DNA of 64,000 nt from Chloroflexota bacterium (GCA_035652535.1 DASRDP010000150.1:5265-69264), one strand, 5' to 3'. Counted from the first letter of the stretch, positions 10,504 to 19,769 are shown. The notes: generated from the sequence alone by a model not told the origin. Translations and numbers: made by a program.

Positions 10504-11463
10504 CTAGATGAGCGCAAGAGCGATTCCCACCATGCCCGTCAGCATACTTACCAGCCAGAACCGTTGCGCGACGTGGGTCTCGGACCATCCGAGCATCTCG
10601 AAATGGTGGTGGAGCGGAGACATCCGGAACAGGCGTCGCCCGCCGGTGAGCTTGAAAAACGCTACCTGGAGAATAACAGACGCAGCTTCGGCCACGAACA
10701 CGAATCCGATGATCGGTAGCAGGAGCAGGTGTCCGGTCATGAGAGCGACGGCCGCCAGGGCAGCGCCCAGGGACAGAGCGCCCGTATCCCCCATGAACAG
10801 GTCCGCCGGGTAGGCGTTGAACCAGAGAAAGGCAAGTAGAGCGCCCACGACGGTGAAGCAGAACGTCGCGAGCGGAGACTGGCCCTGGAGATGGGCGATG
10901 ATTCCATAGCACGCGAATGCCACGGCGGCGCACACGCCAGCCAGGCTGTCCAGCCCATCAGTCAGGTTCACGGCGTTCGCAGTGGCGACGATAGCTAGGG
11001 CTGCCAGGGGTATGTACCACGGTCCGATGTGGAGCCGCTCGGTCACGGTCGGAACGAAGAGGTAATCGAGGCCGAGGATCCAGTAGATGGCGGCAGCGCA
11101 CGCGAGCGCAATGGCTGTCAGCCCGCCGAACTTGATTCGAACGGTTAAGCCTTCCGCCGTATGTCCCCGAATACCCAGGACGTCGTCGAGGGAACCCAGG
11201 AGCCCTGTGGCTGCCGTCGCGCCCAACGGCACGATGATGGAAGGATTGTTCAGAACGTTGAACGCGGCTGTCGAGATGAAGACCGATCCCCAAACGACGA
11301 TGCCGCCCATGGTCGGTGTGCCCATCTTTTGCTGGTGCGTCTCCGGGCCCTCCGATCGAATCTGCTTTCCGATCCCTAGCCGACGCAGGACGCGGATCGC
11401 CGGAAAACCAGCGATGAAGGCGATACCGAAGGCGACCGTGGCGATCGCGAGTGCGTATGACAA
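10504..11463 (-). CDS. mraY: Phospho-N-acetylmuramoyl-pentapeptide transferase MraY
   Basis: Polytopic membrane protein with the NAVNLTDGLDSLAG and MGDTGALSLG MraY signatures. Confidence 0.92.
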   Translation of the reverse strand: MSYALAIATVAFGIAFIAGFPAIRVLRRLGIGKQIRSEGPETHQQKMGTPTMGGIVVWGSVFISTAAFNVLNNPSIIVPLGATAATGLLGSLDDVLGIRGHTAEGLTVRIKFGGLTAIALACAAAIYWILGLDYLFVPTVTERLHIGPWYIPLAALAIVATANAVNLTDGLDSLAGVCAAVAFACYGIIAHLQGQSPLATFCFTVVGALLAFLWFNAYPADLFMGDTGALSLGAALAAVALMTGHLLLLPIIGFVFVAEAASVILQVAFFKLTGGRRLFRMSPLHHHFEMLGWSETHVAQRFWLVSMLTGMVGIALALI

Positions 11464-11495
11464 ATCCCCCCCGGAGTCCAGGCTCGGATCGCGCG

Positions 11496-12989
11496 CTAGG
11501 ATGGGCGTCCAGTTCGATCGGCGTCCGGGCTCCGAAGCGCCTCAACGATTCGGTCGAGGCGCACCCCATGGGAACCTTTGATGAGAACGACGTCTCCTGG
11601 CTGAATCTCTCGGGCGATGGCTTCGATCGCGTCTTCTGGTGACGAAAAGCGCTGAATTGTGGCTGGCGAGAGGCCGGCCGCTGATGCCGCATGCGCGATC
11701 TCTTCCGATCGCGGACCGACCGCTATCAGTCGGTCGACCGTCCTGGCCGCCCGCCGTCCGACGATGCGGTGCCCCTCCCGCTCGAACGATCCCAGCTCGA
11801 GCATGTCTCCCAGCACCGCGATGTGCCGTCCCTCGGTTTCGGCGAGAAGGTCCAGGGCGGCCAACATGGAGGTGGGGCTGGCGTTGTACGCGTCGTTGAG
11901 CAGTGTCGAGTGATTGGGCCCGGGAATGCGCTGCAGCCGCCCATCGATGCTGATCTCCAACCCACGAATGCGGGCGGTTGCCTCGCTGAATGGCATGCCC
12001 AGCTGGATGGCGACTCCAATGGCCGCGAGGGCTGCGTGGATGACGTGCCTGCCGGGGATCGACAGCCCGCTTCGAACCTGCTGGCCGGCGAAATGAACAC
12101 TGAATTCTGTTCCACCCAGTCCGCGGCTCACGACGTCGCTGGCCCAAATGTCCGCCGAAGGCGTCATGCCAAAGGTGAGCACGGCGCACGGCGCGTGCGC
12201 GCGCATCCGGGAAACGCGCGGATCGTCGGCATTGAGCAGGGCGAACCCTCCCGTCGGCAATTCCTCGATTAGCTCGCGCTTGGCCTGGGCAATGCGCGCG
12301 ATCGTTCCGAGCCGCTCGAGGTGTGTCGGGTGGACGTTGGTCACTACTCCGATCTGCGGCTTGGCGATTTGAGCGAGACGGCGGATGTCCCCAAGTCGGT
12401 GCATGCCCATCTCCAGCACCGCTGCGCGGTGGCACGGCTCGAGCTGCATCATGGTCATCGGTAAGCCAATCTCGGTGTTGTAGTTGGCGGGGGAGCGCAA
12501 GACTGTCATGCGCGATCCGAGAAGGCTCGCGATCATCTCTTTCGTCGTCGTCTTGCCCACGCTGCCCGTGACGCCCACGACCGTCAGGTCGTGCCGTTGG
12601 CGCCAGTAACGCGCCAGATCCGCCAGCGCCTCGGCAGTGCCGCGACACAGAACGATGGGCGGATGCGGCTGCGCGCTCGATGCCCACGGCTGGCTCGACG
12701 GCAGGATCTCGACGAGGGCGCCCGCTGCCCCGCGCTCGAGCGCGTGCGCGACGAAATGATGCCCGTCGTGCGCCTGCCCGCGAAAGGCCACGAAGAGGTC
12801 CCCCTCGGCGGTCGTTCGCGAGTCGATCGAAATCGCGCGAAACGTTGCCTCCGGCGAGCCAGACACCAGCTCGCCGTGAGTCCCTTCGAGCAGGTCATCG
12901 AGGGTAAACACGCCCCCTATCCTCGAATCAACGGGACGGCCGATCCGCGGCCGCGAGATCGCTTCGATCTTGACCTGCGGTCGCGTCAA
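11496..12989 (-). CDS. murF: UDP-N-acetylmuramoyl-tripeptide--D-alanyl-D-alanine ligase MurF
   Basis: ISIDSRTTAEGDLFVAFRGQAHDGHHF, GVTGSVGKTTTKEM and LLNDAYNASPTSM are MurF rather than MurE signatures. The track start at 12989 overlaps ftsI by 61 nt; an in-frame GTG at 12911 is an alternative start. Confidence 0.85.
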   Translation of the reverse strand: MTRPQVKIEAISRPRIGRPVDSRIGGVFTLDDLLEGTHGELVSGSPEATFRAISIDSRTTAEGDLFVAFRGQAHDGHHFVAHALERGAAGALVEILPSSQPWASSAQPHPPIVLCRGTAEALADLARYWRQRHDLTVVGVTGSVGKTTTKEMIASLLGSRMTVLRSPANYNTEIGLPMTMMQLEPCHRAAVLEMGMHRLGDIRRLAQIAKPQIGVVTNVHPTHLERLGTIARIAQAKRELIEELPTGGFALLNADDPRVSRMRAHAPCAVLTFGMTPSADIWASDVVSRGLGGTEFSVHFAGQQVRSGLSIPGRHVIHAALAAIGVAIQLGMPFSEATARIRGLEISIDGRLQRIPGPNHSTLLNDAYNASPTSMLAALDLLAETEGRHIAVLGDMLELGSFEREGHRIVGRRAARTVDRLIAVGPRSEEIAHAASAAGLSPATIQRFSSPEDAIEAIAREIQPGDVVLIKGSHGVRLDRIVEALRSPDADRTGRPS

Positions 12990-14709
12990 CGGGCGGGACC
13001 TTCACGTCGGTTGGCGGAATCTGCATGTACGTCAGGATCTCGCTCGCGATGGCGCGGAAGACCGGCGCGGCCACGACGCCACCGTAGATAGCCTCCGGTC
13101 GATCGATTCGCACGAGAATGACGAAGCGTGGATTGGGAAGGGGTGCAAAGCCCGCGAACGAGGCGTAGGTCTTGCCGGTGCTATAGCCATTGGGAGCGGG
13201 AATATCGGCGGTGCCACTCTTTGCCGCGAGGCGATATCCCGCGATGTGGACCGCCGAGAGGGCTGGCTGATTCCACACGGATTCCATCATGTTCAACATT
13301 GTTTCGGCCGTCCGGTCGGAGACGACCGACCGGACCGGCTGCGGATCGAAGCGCTTGACGCCGTCCGGACCGCGGATCTCCTTCACGATCTGCGGCTTCA
13401 TGAGGATGCCGTGATTCCCCAGCGCGGCGATCGCGGTAATCATCTGAATCGGCGTCACCGAGATGGACTGGCCAAAGGAGTTTGTGGCGAGGTCGAGGGC
13501 CGACCACCCGGGATCGGTGTTTCGGCGGAATGAGCCGGCGGCCTCCCCATTGAGCTGGATGCCTGTCGGTGCGCCAAAGCCGAAGGCCTCGATGTAGCGA
13601 TAGAACCGATCGGGGCCGAGAAGCCCAGCAATCCACTGCGCTCCGGTGTTGAGGGAGTGCACCAGAATCTCACGAACCGTCACGTCGCCGTATGCGCCCC
13701 CATCCCAGTTGCGGATCGGGACCCCGTTGATCAGAGCCAGCCCGTTGTCGTGATATCGCGAGTCCGGCGTGACGACTCCCTCTTCAACGCCTGCCGCGGC
13801 AGTCATCAGCTTCATCACGGACCCCGGCTCGTACGTATCGGTAACGACGACTGGTTTGTAGAGCTGTTGCTCGCTCGCTTCGAGCGGGGCGCCGGACGTG
13901 AGGCTGAAGGTGGGGTTTGTTGCCATCGCGAGCACCGCTCCGGTGGTCGGGTTCATCACGATGACGATCCCGCCCGTCGCCTTATTCGCCTGCACGGCCC
14001 GGTCGAGCTCCCGTTCCGCGACGCGCTGAATGTACCGATCGATGGTGAGCACGACATCTGACCCGGGAACGGGCGGGATGAGGGCTTTGCGCCCGATGGC
14101 GATCTCGTCCCCCTCCGTGTCGCCCTCGGTCACCACAACGCCCGGCTTGCCCGCCAGCGCATCGTCGAGCGTGAGCTCGAGGCCACTGAGTCCGCTTCCA
14201 TCAGCGCCGACGAAGCCGAGGACCTGGGCCGCGAGGCTTCCTTCCGGGTATTCGCGGGCCGGGAGGCTCCGCAGCTCGACGCCACTCAGGCCGGCCGAGG
14301 CGATCTGGGATGCCGCGTTCGCCGGCAGACGCGAGGCGAGAAGCGTCCATTGCTTGTCCGCTCGCTGAATCGCGTCCATCACCTGGTCCCGTGTTTTGCC
14401 GGTCGCCGCGGTGAGTACGGTCACGGCGCGGTCCAGGGACGTGAGTGCCGGTCGGTACACATACACCGCGTCGTACATGACGTTGAGCGCAATGGGATGC
14501 CCGTTCGTATCGAGGAGCGCGCCGCGCGCCGGTGCCAGTGGCCGTCGCTCCTGGTGCTCCTCATTGGCGAGAGCTACGAACCGCTCACGGTCGGTGACCT
14601 GATACCAGAAGAGGCGTTGGAGGATCAGACCTGCGAACGTTGTGACCGCCAGCCCGATGAGGAGCAATCGCCAGCGCTGCGTTTGCTCAACGCTCGGGTA
14701 CGTCCTCAT
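12928..14709 (-). CDS. ftsI: Class B penicillin-binding protein / peptidoglycan transpeptidase FtsI
   Basis: N-terminal TM helix, PBP dimerisation domain and transpeptidase motifs SVMK (SxxK), SLN (SxN) and KSGTA (KTG). Confidence 0.9.
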   Translation of the reverse strand: MRTYPSVEQTQRWRLLLIGLAVTTFAGLILQRLFWYQVTDRERFVALANEEHQERRPLAPARGALLDTNGHPIALNVMYDAVYVYRPALTSLDRAVTVLTAATGKTRDQVMDAIQRADKQWTLLASRLPANAASQIASAGLSGVELRSLPAREYPEGSLAAQVLGFVGADGSGLSGLELTLDDALAGKPGVVVTEGDTEGDEIAIGRKALIPPVPGSDVVLTIDRYIQRVAERELDRAVQANKATGGIVIVMNPTTGAVLAMATNPTFSLTSGAPLEASEQQLYKPVVVTDTYEPGSVMKLMTAAAGVEEGVVTPDSRYHDNGLALINGVPIRNWDGGAYGDVTVREILVHSLNTGAQWIAGLLGPDRFYRYIEAFGFGAPTGIQLNGEAAGSFRRNTDPGWSALDLATNSFGQSISVTPIQMITAIAALGNHGILMKPQIVKEIRGPDGVKRFDPQPVRSVVSDRTAETMLNMMESVWNQPALSAVHIAGYRLAAKSGTADIPAPNGYSTGKTYASFAGFAPLPNPRFVILVRIDRPEAIYGGVVAAPVFRAIASEILTYMQIPPTDVKVPPVDATAGQDRSDLAAADRPSR

Positions 14710-15215
14710 TCCCTGCCGCCATGGATCGAGGAAACCCAGGCGAGCAGGTCACTCAGGCCCGCGACCGGATTGCGCGGAGTCGGGCGTCGGGGGGTCTCGC
14801 GTGGCGAGCTTGACGGCCGACGGTCGGTAAGAGCACAGGTGGTCGCCGCGCACTCGTCCGTTGTCTGACTGACGACAACATATTCCGGCCGCGGTCCGCG
14901 GATCATTCCAAGGCGCTCGACGGCCTGGGACTCGCTCCAGACGAGAGAATGACGCTTGGCCAGCTCGAGCTCGAGCTGGCCGTTTCGCGCAAGCCACTCT
15001 TTGCGCTCTGCCTGCAGGCGTTCCAGCTCATAGCCGGCCGTCGCCACCGAGCTGACTTGAACGAGATACAGGCTGAGGGCGGCGCTCGCCAGCAAGAAGG
15101 CGCATGCGATCCAGCTTGCGATCCTGGCTGGTGAGCGGGCTGCGTGCTGCGCCGGAGCGCGCGACTGCGCAAACACGCTCGCGCGCGGGACGGTCTGGCC
15201 GGCGATTCGCGCCAT
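14706..15215 (-). CDS. ftsL: FtsL-like cell division protein (single TM plus coiled coil)
   Basis: TM helix WIACAFLLASAALSLYLV followed by coiled coil ELERLQAERKEWLARNGQLELELAK. Sits between rsmH and ftsI. The TGATG junction with rsmH gives a 1-nt overlap. Confidence 0.65.
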   Translation of the reverse strand: MARIAGQTVPRASVFAQSRAPAQHAARSPARIASWIACAFLLASAALSLYLVQVSSVATAGYELERLQAERKEWLARNGQLELELAKRHSLVWSESQAVERLGMIRGPRPEYVVVSQTTDECAATTCALTDRRPSSSPRETPRRPTPRNPVAGLSDLLAWVSSIHGGRE

Positions 15216-16153
15216 CAGATTCGCTCCGCTACGCGCAAACGGGCGCTTCTGCTGCGCGGATTTCGCGCCACCTCGTCCGCGGTTGGTGTGAGGGGGCGCC
15301 GGGTGAGGATGCGGAGCCGTGGTCGTGGCCGTTCCTCGGGGACTGGGAGATGTCGAGCTGCCGTGTCGACGGCCAGTCCCGCCTCGCGACGCATAAACGA
15401 CTTGACGATCCGGTCCTCCAGGGAATGGAACGAGATCACGGCGAGCCGACCGCCACGGCGGAGAAGGCCGATTGCCTGGGGGAGGGTCTCGCGCAAGGCG
15501 CCCAGCTCGTCATTGGTGAGAATTCGGAGGGCCTGGAATGTGCGCGTGGCGGGATGGATCCTTCCCGTGGACCGCCCGACGACCGATGACACCAGGGAAG
15601 CCAGCTGCTGCGTCGTTCGCAGCGGCTCGCGGGCGCGAGCCGCGACGATAGCGTTGGCGATGCGCAGGCTATGCGGTTCTTCGCCAAAGTCACGCAGTGC
15701 CCCGGCGATCTCGTCTCGGGAGGCGGACGCGAGGACGTCGGCCGCCGTTCTGGTCTGCGATGGATCATAACGCATGTCAAGCTGTTCGTCTCGACGAAAT
15801 GAGAATCCTCGCCCCGATTGTTCGATCTGACGAGATGACATGCCCAGGTCCATCACGATGCCATCCACGGCCGCGAAACCTTCCCGCTCCGCCACCGCGG
15901 CGAGGTCGCGAAAGTTGCTCTGGACCACGCGTGCGCGATCACCGTAGCCCCGCAGGCGCACGCGCACCTGCTCGACCGCCGCGGGATCGGCGTCGAGCGC
16001 GAGGAGTCGACCTCGGGGGCCCGTGCGGTCGAGTAGCGCAGTGCTGTGTCCCCCTGCGCCGGACGTGCAATCGATGAAGTCGGCGTTTGGCCGCGGGTCG
16101 AGGAGCGCAATGGACTCTTCGAGAAGCACGGGAAGGTGGCCGACCGGGTCCAT
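15215..16153 (-). CDS. rsmH: 16S rRNA (cytosine1402-N4)-methyltransferase RsmH (MraW)
   Basis: GHLPVLLEE...DCTSGAGGHS...ISFHSLEDRIVK are RsmH motifs. Confidence 0.92.
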   Translation of the reverse strand: MDPVGHLPVLLEESIALLDPRPNADFIDCTSGAGGHSTALLDRTGPRGRLLALDADPAAVEQVRVRLRGYGDRARVVQSNFRDLAAVAEREGFAAVDGIVMDLGMSSRQIEQSGRGFSFRRDEQLDMRYDPSQTRTAADVLASASRDEIAGALRDFGEEPHSLRIANAIVAARAREPLRTTQQLASLVSSVVGRSTGRIHPATRTFQALRILTNDELGALRETLPQAIGLLRRGGRLAVISFHSLEDRIVKSFMRREAGLAVDTAARHLPVPEERPRPRLRILTRRPLTPTADEVARNPRSRSARLRVAERI

Positions 16154-16585
16154 CTAGACACCCTGGCTAAAGAGGTGCTCGGCGAGCTGCGCCCCCTCTT
16201 GCTCGGCGAGCGCTCGCTCCTCCCGCCACCGCGCGCCGCTCCAAATTTCCACGCGATTGAGGAGACCCACGATGACTACCGCGTCGCGCAGATCCGCATA
16301 GTCCCGAAGAAACGCAGGGACCAGGATTCTTCCGAGTCGGTCCGGCGCACAATCCGTCGCTCCGGAGAACATAAGTCGATGGATGCGCCGCGCATCGGTC
16401 TGCATGAGGGACAGATCGGTCAGCTTCTGCGCGATCCGTCGCCACTCGTCCATCGGCCAAACCCACAAGCACGGATCGATGCCCCGCGTGATGACGAGCC
16501 CGTCGCTCAACCCACTCCGGAACTTGGCGGGGATAGCAATGCGGCCGCGGTCGTCGAGCGAGTGCTCGAATTCGCCCAGAAACAC
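16154..16585 (-). CDS. mraZ: Transcriptional regulator MraZ
   Basis: Duplicated MraZ domains (FLGEFEHSLDDRGRIAIPAKFR and DRLGRILVPAFLR). First gene of the dcw cluster. Confidence 0.92.
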   Translation of the reverse strand: MFLGEFEHSLDDRGRIAIPAKFRSGLSDGLVITRGIDPCLWVWPMDEWRRIAQKLTDLSLMQTDARRIHRLMFSGATDCAPDRLGRILVPAFLRDYADLRDAVVIVGLLNRVEIWSGARWREERALAEQEGAQLAEHLFSQGV

Positions 16586-16604
16586 CGCAGAAGCACCCCT
16601 CTAG

Positions 16605-16640
16605 CCCCATTTTGTTCCATTTCTTTCCATTGAGCGCCAT
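16605..16640 (-). promoter_or_regulatory. Candidate MraZ operator: four 10-bp-phased direct repeats (ATGG on the minus strand) 20-55 bp upstream of mraZ
   Basis: Plus strand reads ccccat-N4-ttccat-N4-ttccat-N4-cgccat at 16605-16640. The minus strand reads AATGGCGCTCAATGGAAAGAAATGGAACAAAATGGGG. This resembles the GTGG[AG]-N(5-6) direct-repeat MraZ boxes known from other bacteria. Confidence 0.45.
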
Positions 16641-16702
16641 ATTGTAACGCCAGGGAGTCACGGGGGCCAGCGCTTTGCAGCGAGGAGGAGAGAGGGGTTA
16701 GA

Positions 16703-17410
16703 TCACGACAGGGGTACAAAAAGAATGCGGCCGCAGCTGTTGCAGAGCACGAGATCATTCCCGATCCGCGCTCGCTGCTCCTGAGATGGCGTTAGCGCAA
16801 CCCGACAGGCCTGGCACGTTCGCTGTTGGACCTGAGCGACGGCGGTGCCGCCCTTCTGCCGCCGTATCGTTTCGTACGTTGTGAGATCCGCAGGCGCGAC
16901 CTGGGATGCGGCGCTCGTGCGCTGTTGCTCCAGGGCCCCGAGGTTCGATTGGGCCGTGTCCAGAGCGTCCCGTGCCGACTGCTGGCTGGCGTTCCATGCC
17001 GCCAGCTCGCGCTCGTACGCGGAATCTTCCTCGGCGAGCTTTGTGGTGAGCTCGTCTATTCGTTCGAGGAGCAAGAGGAGCTGGTCTTCAACGGCACTGA
17101 GCTGGCGACGATCCTGGGCGACTTCATCCGACAGGCTCTGAAGCTCTTTCGGATTGGTGACTCGCCCGCCATAGAGCTTGGCCTCGTCGGATGCGATCTT
17201 GACGCGTCGATCCTCCGCTTGCAGCTCGAGGTCGCGCTGTTGGGCCTCGGCGTCGCGCACCGCGTCCCGGAGGCGCGCCCGTTCCGCTTCGCGCCCTGCC
17301 AGGGCGCTGCGATCGCCGATTTGATGGCCCAGCTGCGCGATGGCCGTGCGCGTCGCCTCCAATCGCGAGTCGAGATCTTGAAGTTGCCGCAACAGATCGA
17401 TCTTTCGCAT
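16703..17410 (-). CDS. COG1579/DUF164 zinc-ribbon coiled-coil protein
   Basis: Long coiled-coil region followed by C-terminal CQACRVAL...CNSCGRIL (a C4 zinc ribbon). Confidence 0.75.
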   Translation of the reverse strand: MRKIDLLRQLQDLDSRLEATRTAIAQLGHQIGDRSALAGREAERARLRDAVRDAEAQQRDLELQAEDRRVKIASDEAKLYGGRVTNPKELQSLSDEVAQDRRQLSAVEDQLLLLLERIDELTTKLAEEDSAYERELAAWNASQQSARDALDTAQSNLGALEQQRTSAASQVAPADLTTYETIRRQKGGTAVAQVQQRTCQACRVALTPSQEQRARIGNDLVLCNSCGRILFVPLS

Positions 17411-17421
17411 CCTGCCACCTG

Positions 17422-18123
17422 CTAATTCAGCCGCAGCCGCTTGAACGCCTCCGCGTAGGCCATGCCGTGGGGTGCGCCAATCTCTCGCGCGCGGGCGCGC
17501 TGGCGCTCTGCCCGCTCGTCGGGATCGCCGTGAAGCTGGCTCACGTGGGCGCTCGCGGCGTAGATTTTCGTCTCGATGGTCTCGCTGATGTCGATCCAGG
17601 TGTCGGGCTCACCGGTTCCGAACAGCAGCACTTCATGGACGCGAGCGATGTCCAGCTCGGGCCCGAGCTGCTCGGGAAAGAAGAGGTGGTCGCGCGCCGC
17701 GATGATGGCGTCCATCGCGACGATCCCCACCGCGCGGTGGTCGGGGTGGAGCTGGTACGGTCGCCATCCGTCGAAGGTCATGACGGTGAAGGGCCGAATT
17801 TCCCGGATCACCTGGCAGACTTCCCGGCGCAAGCCGAGGTTCACCTCGACTTCGCCGTCGTTGTGCCGAAGGAACCGGCAGCTCGACACGCCGAGCCGCC
17901 GCGCCGCCTCGCGCTCCTCCTCCTCGCGAATCTCAGCCAGGCGCTCCGGGGGCATCGAGCGGTCATGCGTGCCCTTGTTTCCGCTGGTGACCGAGAGGTA
18001 GTGCACCTCGTGGCCGTCGCGGACGAACTTTGCGACCGTCCCGCCGGAGGAGAAGTCGACGTCGTCCGGGTGGGCCTGAATCGCGAGAACGACTTTTCGC
18101 GCTGGCTCGGTCCACTCTTGCAC
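17422..18123 (-). CDS. PIG-L / LmbE-family N-acetylglucosaminyl deacetylase (MshB/BshB-like)
   Basis: VLAIQAHPDDVDFSSGGT motif, plus HPDH and metal-binding residues of the LmbE fold. Confidence 0.8.
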   Translation of the reverse strand: MQEWTEPARKVVLAIQAHPDDVDFSSGGTVAKFVRDGHEVHYLSVTSGNKGTHDRSMPPERLAEIREEEEREAARRLGVSSCRFLRHNDGEVEVNLGLRREVCQVIREIRPFTVMTFDGWRPYQLHPDHRAVGIVAMDAIIAARDHLFFPEQLGPELDIARVHEVLLFGTGEPDTWIDISETIETKIYAASAHVSQLHGDPDERAERQRARAREIGAPHGMAYAEAFKRLRLN

Positions 18124-18163
18124 GGGCCCTCCGGCGTCGGGGTGGCCGTTTCTGCCGCCTCTC

Positions 18164-19462
18164 TTACGTGAGAGAGGCGAGAGCCGGCTCTCGGCGCAGA
18201 CTGTGATACAGGTCGACCAGCTGTTTCGCGACGTGCTCCCAGCTAAATTGTCGTGCGCGCGCCCGGGCGCGGAGGCTCAGGCGGCTGCGCAGTTCTGGCT
18301 GCGTGAGGATTTGCTCGATGCGCTGCGCATAGTGCGCTGGATCCCGCAACGGGATCAAAAACCCGGTTTCTCCGTCCTGCACCGTTTCCTGAAGCCCTCC
18401 GACCCGAGCGGCGACGACCGGTGTCCCACATGCCATCGATTCGACCGCGACGAGCCCAAACGACTCGTACGTCGACGGCATGACGGTGACGTCTGCCGCT
18501 TGGTAATAGGCCGGCAGCGCCTCGTGATCGACGGCGCCCATCCATTGAATGTGGTCGGTTACCCCAAGCTCCTCGGCGATGTGTCGGAGCCGACGGATCT
18601 CGCGCGCCTCCGGGTCATCGTCCGCGGAGGACGGACGGCCCCCAACAATCGCGACCGTGAATGGCGGGACCGCGCCGCTTTGTTCGCGGCCCGCAAGCAT
18701 TGCGGCGGAGCGGATCAACACGTCAATTCCCTTCAGCTGCTGTATCCGTCCGACGAAGAGGACCAGCCGCCGATCGTCGAGTCCGAGCGCCTGCAACGCA
18801 GCGGAGCGCGAGCCGGGGTGGAACTGCGTCGAGTCGACTCCACACGGGACGATGGATACTCGCTCTCCATCGGCGCCGTAGTGGTCCTCGAGGTGCGCAC
18901 CGTCGACGGGGGTCGATGCGATGAGGCGGTCTGCCGTCGCGACGGTCAAGCGCTCGATGCCCGCCCGGATATCGCTTTCCCACTCGTCGGGGCTGATCGT
19001 GACCTGGTTCTTGAGCTCGGACAGCGTGTGGAACATGGCCACCATGGGCACGTGCCAGGCGTTCTTGAAGTAGCCGGCCACGCGGCCCGAGAGCCAGTAG
19101 TGGCTGTGGACGATGTCGTAGTGCGACTCTTCGTCCGCGATGAATTCGCGCATGTTGCAGATAAATTCGGGGAGGTACTCGACGACCGCTTCCTTGGGCA
19201 GGTACCGCTCCGGACCGGCGGTAACGTGGACCACTCGGGCGTGCTCGGCAAAGGGAACGATGTCGGGTGCGGCGGGGTCCTGTCGCCTGGTGAACACGTC
19301 GACTGCCACACCGAGGTGGCTCAGATGGCGGCTCACTTCGCGAATGTAGATGTTCATGCCGCCGGTTTCCCAGGCCCCTGGTGGAGCAAGGGGACACGCA
19401 TGAACACTGAGGGTGGCCACGCGGAGCGATGGGTCAGAGAGAGACCGAGACGGTTGGCTCAT
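18164..19462 (-). CDS. GT4-family glycosyltransferase, MshA-like (D-inositol-3-phosphate glycosyltransferase-like)
   Basis: N-terminus SVHACPLAPPGAWETGGMNIYIREV closely resembles MshA SVHTSPLAQPG..GGMNVYV. C-terminal GT4 E-x7-E region (MPSTYESFGLVAVESMACGTPVVAARVGGLQE). Confidence 0.8.
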   Translation of the reverse strand: MSQPSRSLSDPSLRVATLSVHACPLAPPGAWETGGMNIYIREVSRHLSHLGVAVDVFTRRQDPAAPDIVPFAEHARVVHVTAGPERYLPKEAVVEYLPEFICNMREFIADEESHYDIVHSHYWLSGRVAGYFKNAWHVPMVAMFHTLSELKNQVTISPDEWESDIRAGIERLTVATADRLIASTPVDGAHLEDHYGADGERVSIVPCGVDSTQFHPGSRSAALQALGLDDRRLVLFVGRIQQLKGIDVLIRSAAMLAGREQSGAVPPFTVAIVGGRPSSADDDPEAREIRRLRHIAEELGVTDHIQWMGAVDHEALPAYYQAADVTVMPSTYESFGLVAVESMACGTPVVAARVGGLQETVQDGETGFLIPLRDPAHYAQRIEQILTQPELRSRLSLRARARARQFSWEHVAKQLVDLYHSLRREPALASLT

Positions 19463-19538
19463 CGGGCGTGGGACTCCGAGCTGACGGATATCGTGGAGCC
19501 GGCGAAGGGCATCCTACCACCGGTCCGCGGACGACGAG

Positions 19539-19613
19539 TGGTAGGCCCGGAAGGAGTCGAACCTTCGACGCGTCGCTTATAAGGCGACTGCTCTGCCGCT
19601 GAGCTACGGGCCC
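19539..19613 (-). tRNA. tRNA-Ile with genomically encoded TAT (UAU) anticodon
   Basis: Minus strand reads GGGCCCGTAGCTCAGCGGCAGAGCAGTCGCCTTATAAGCGACGCGTCGAAGGTTCGACTCCTTCCGGGCCTACCA. It folds as a cloverleaf with a 5-bp anticodon stem GTCGC/GCGAC, loop CTTATAA, T-loop TTCGACT and 3' CCA. Confidence 0.8.
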
Positions 19614-19769
19614 TTGCCGATTCGCAAGTATATCATCGCAACGGGCCTCTCCCGACGTGACCGGCCACAGACCGGCCACGCACTGCTCAGATTGACACGA
19701 AACGTGTCGCGCCCATAGGATTATTGCGGCAGGTGTGGCCAACATGGCTATCTTTTACCTGCGGTACAT

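Noticed and set aside
9700-10719. 339-aa plus-strand ORF across murD and mraY
   Set aside because: Antisense to MurD/MraY, with no recognisable features.
18203-19582. 459-aa plus-strand ORF
   Set aside because: Antisense to the MshA-like GT4. It also overlaps the tRNA-Ile gene.
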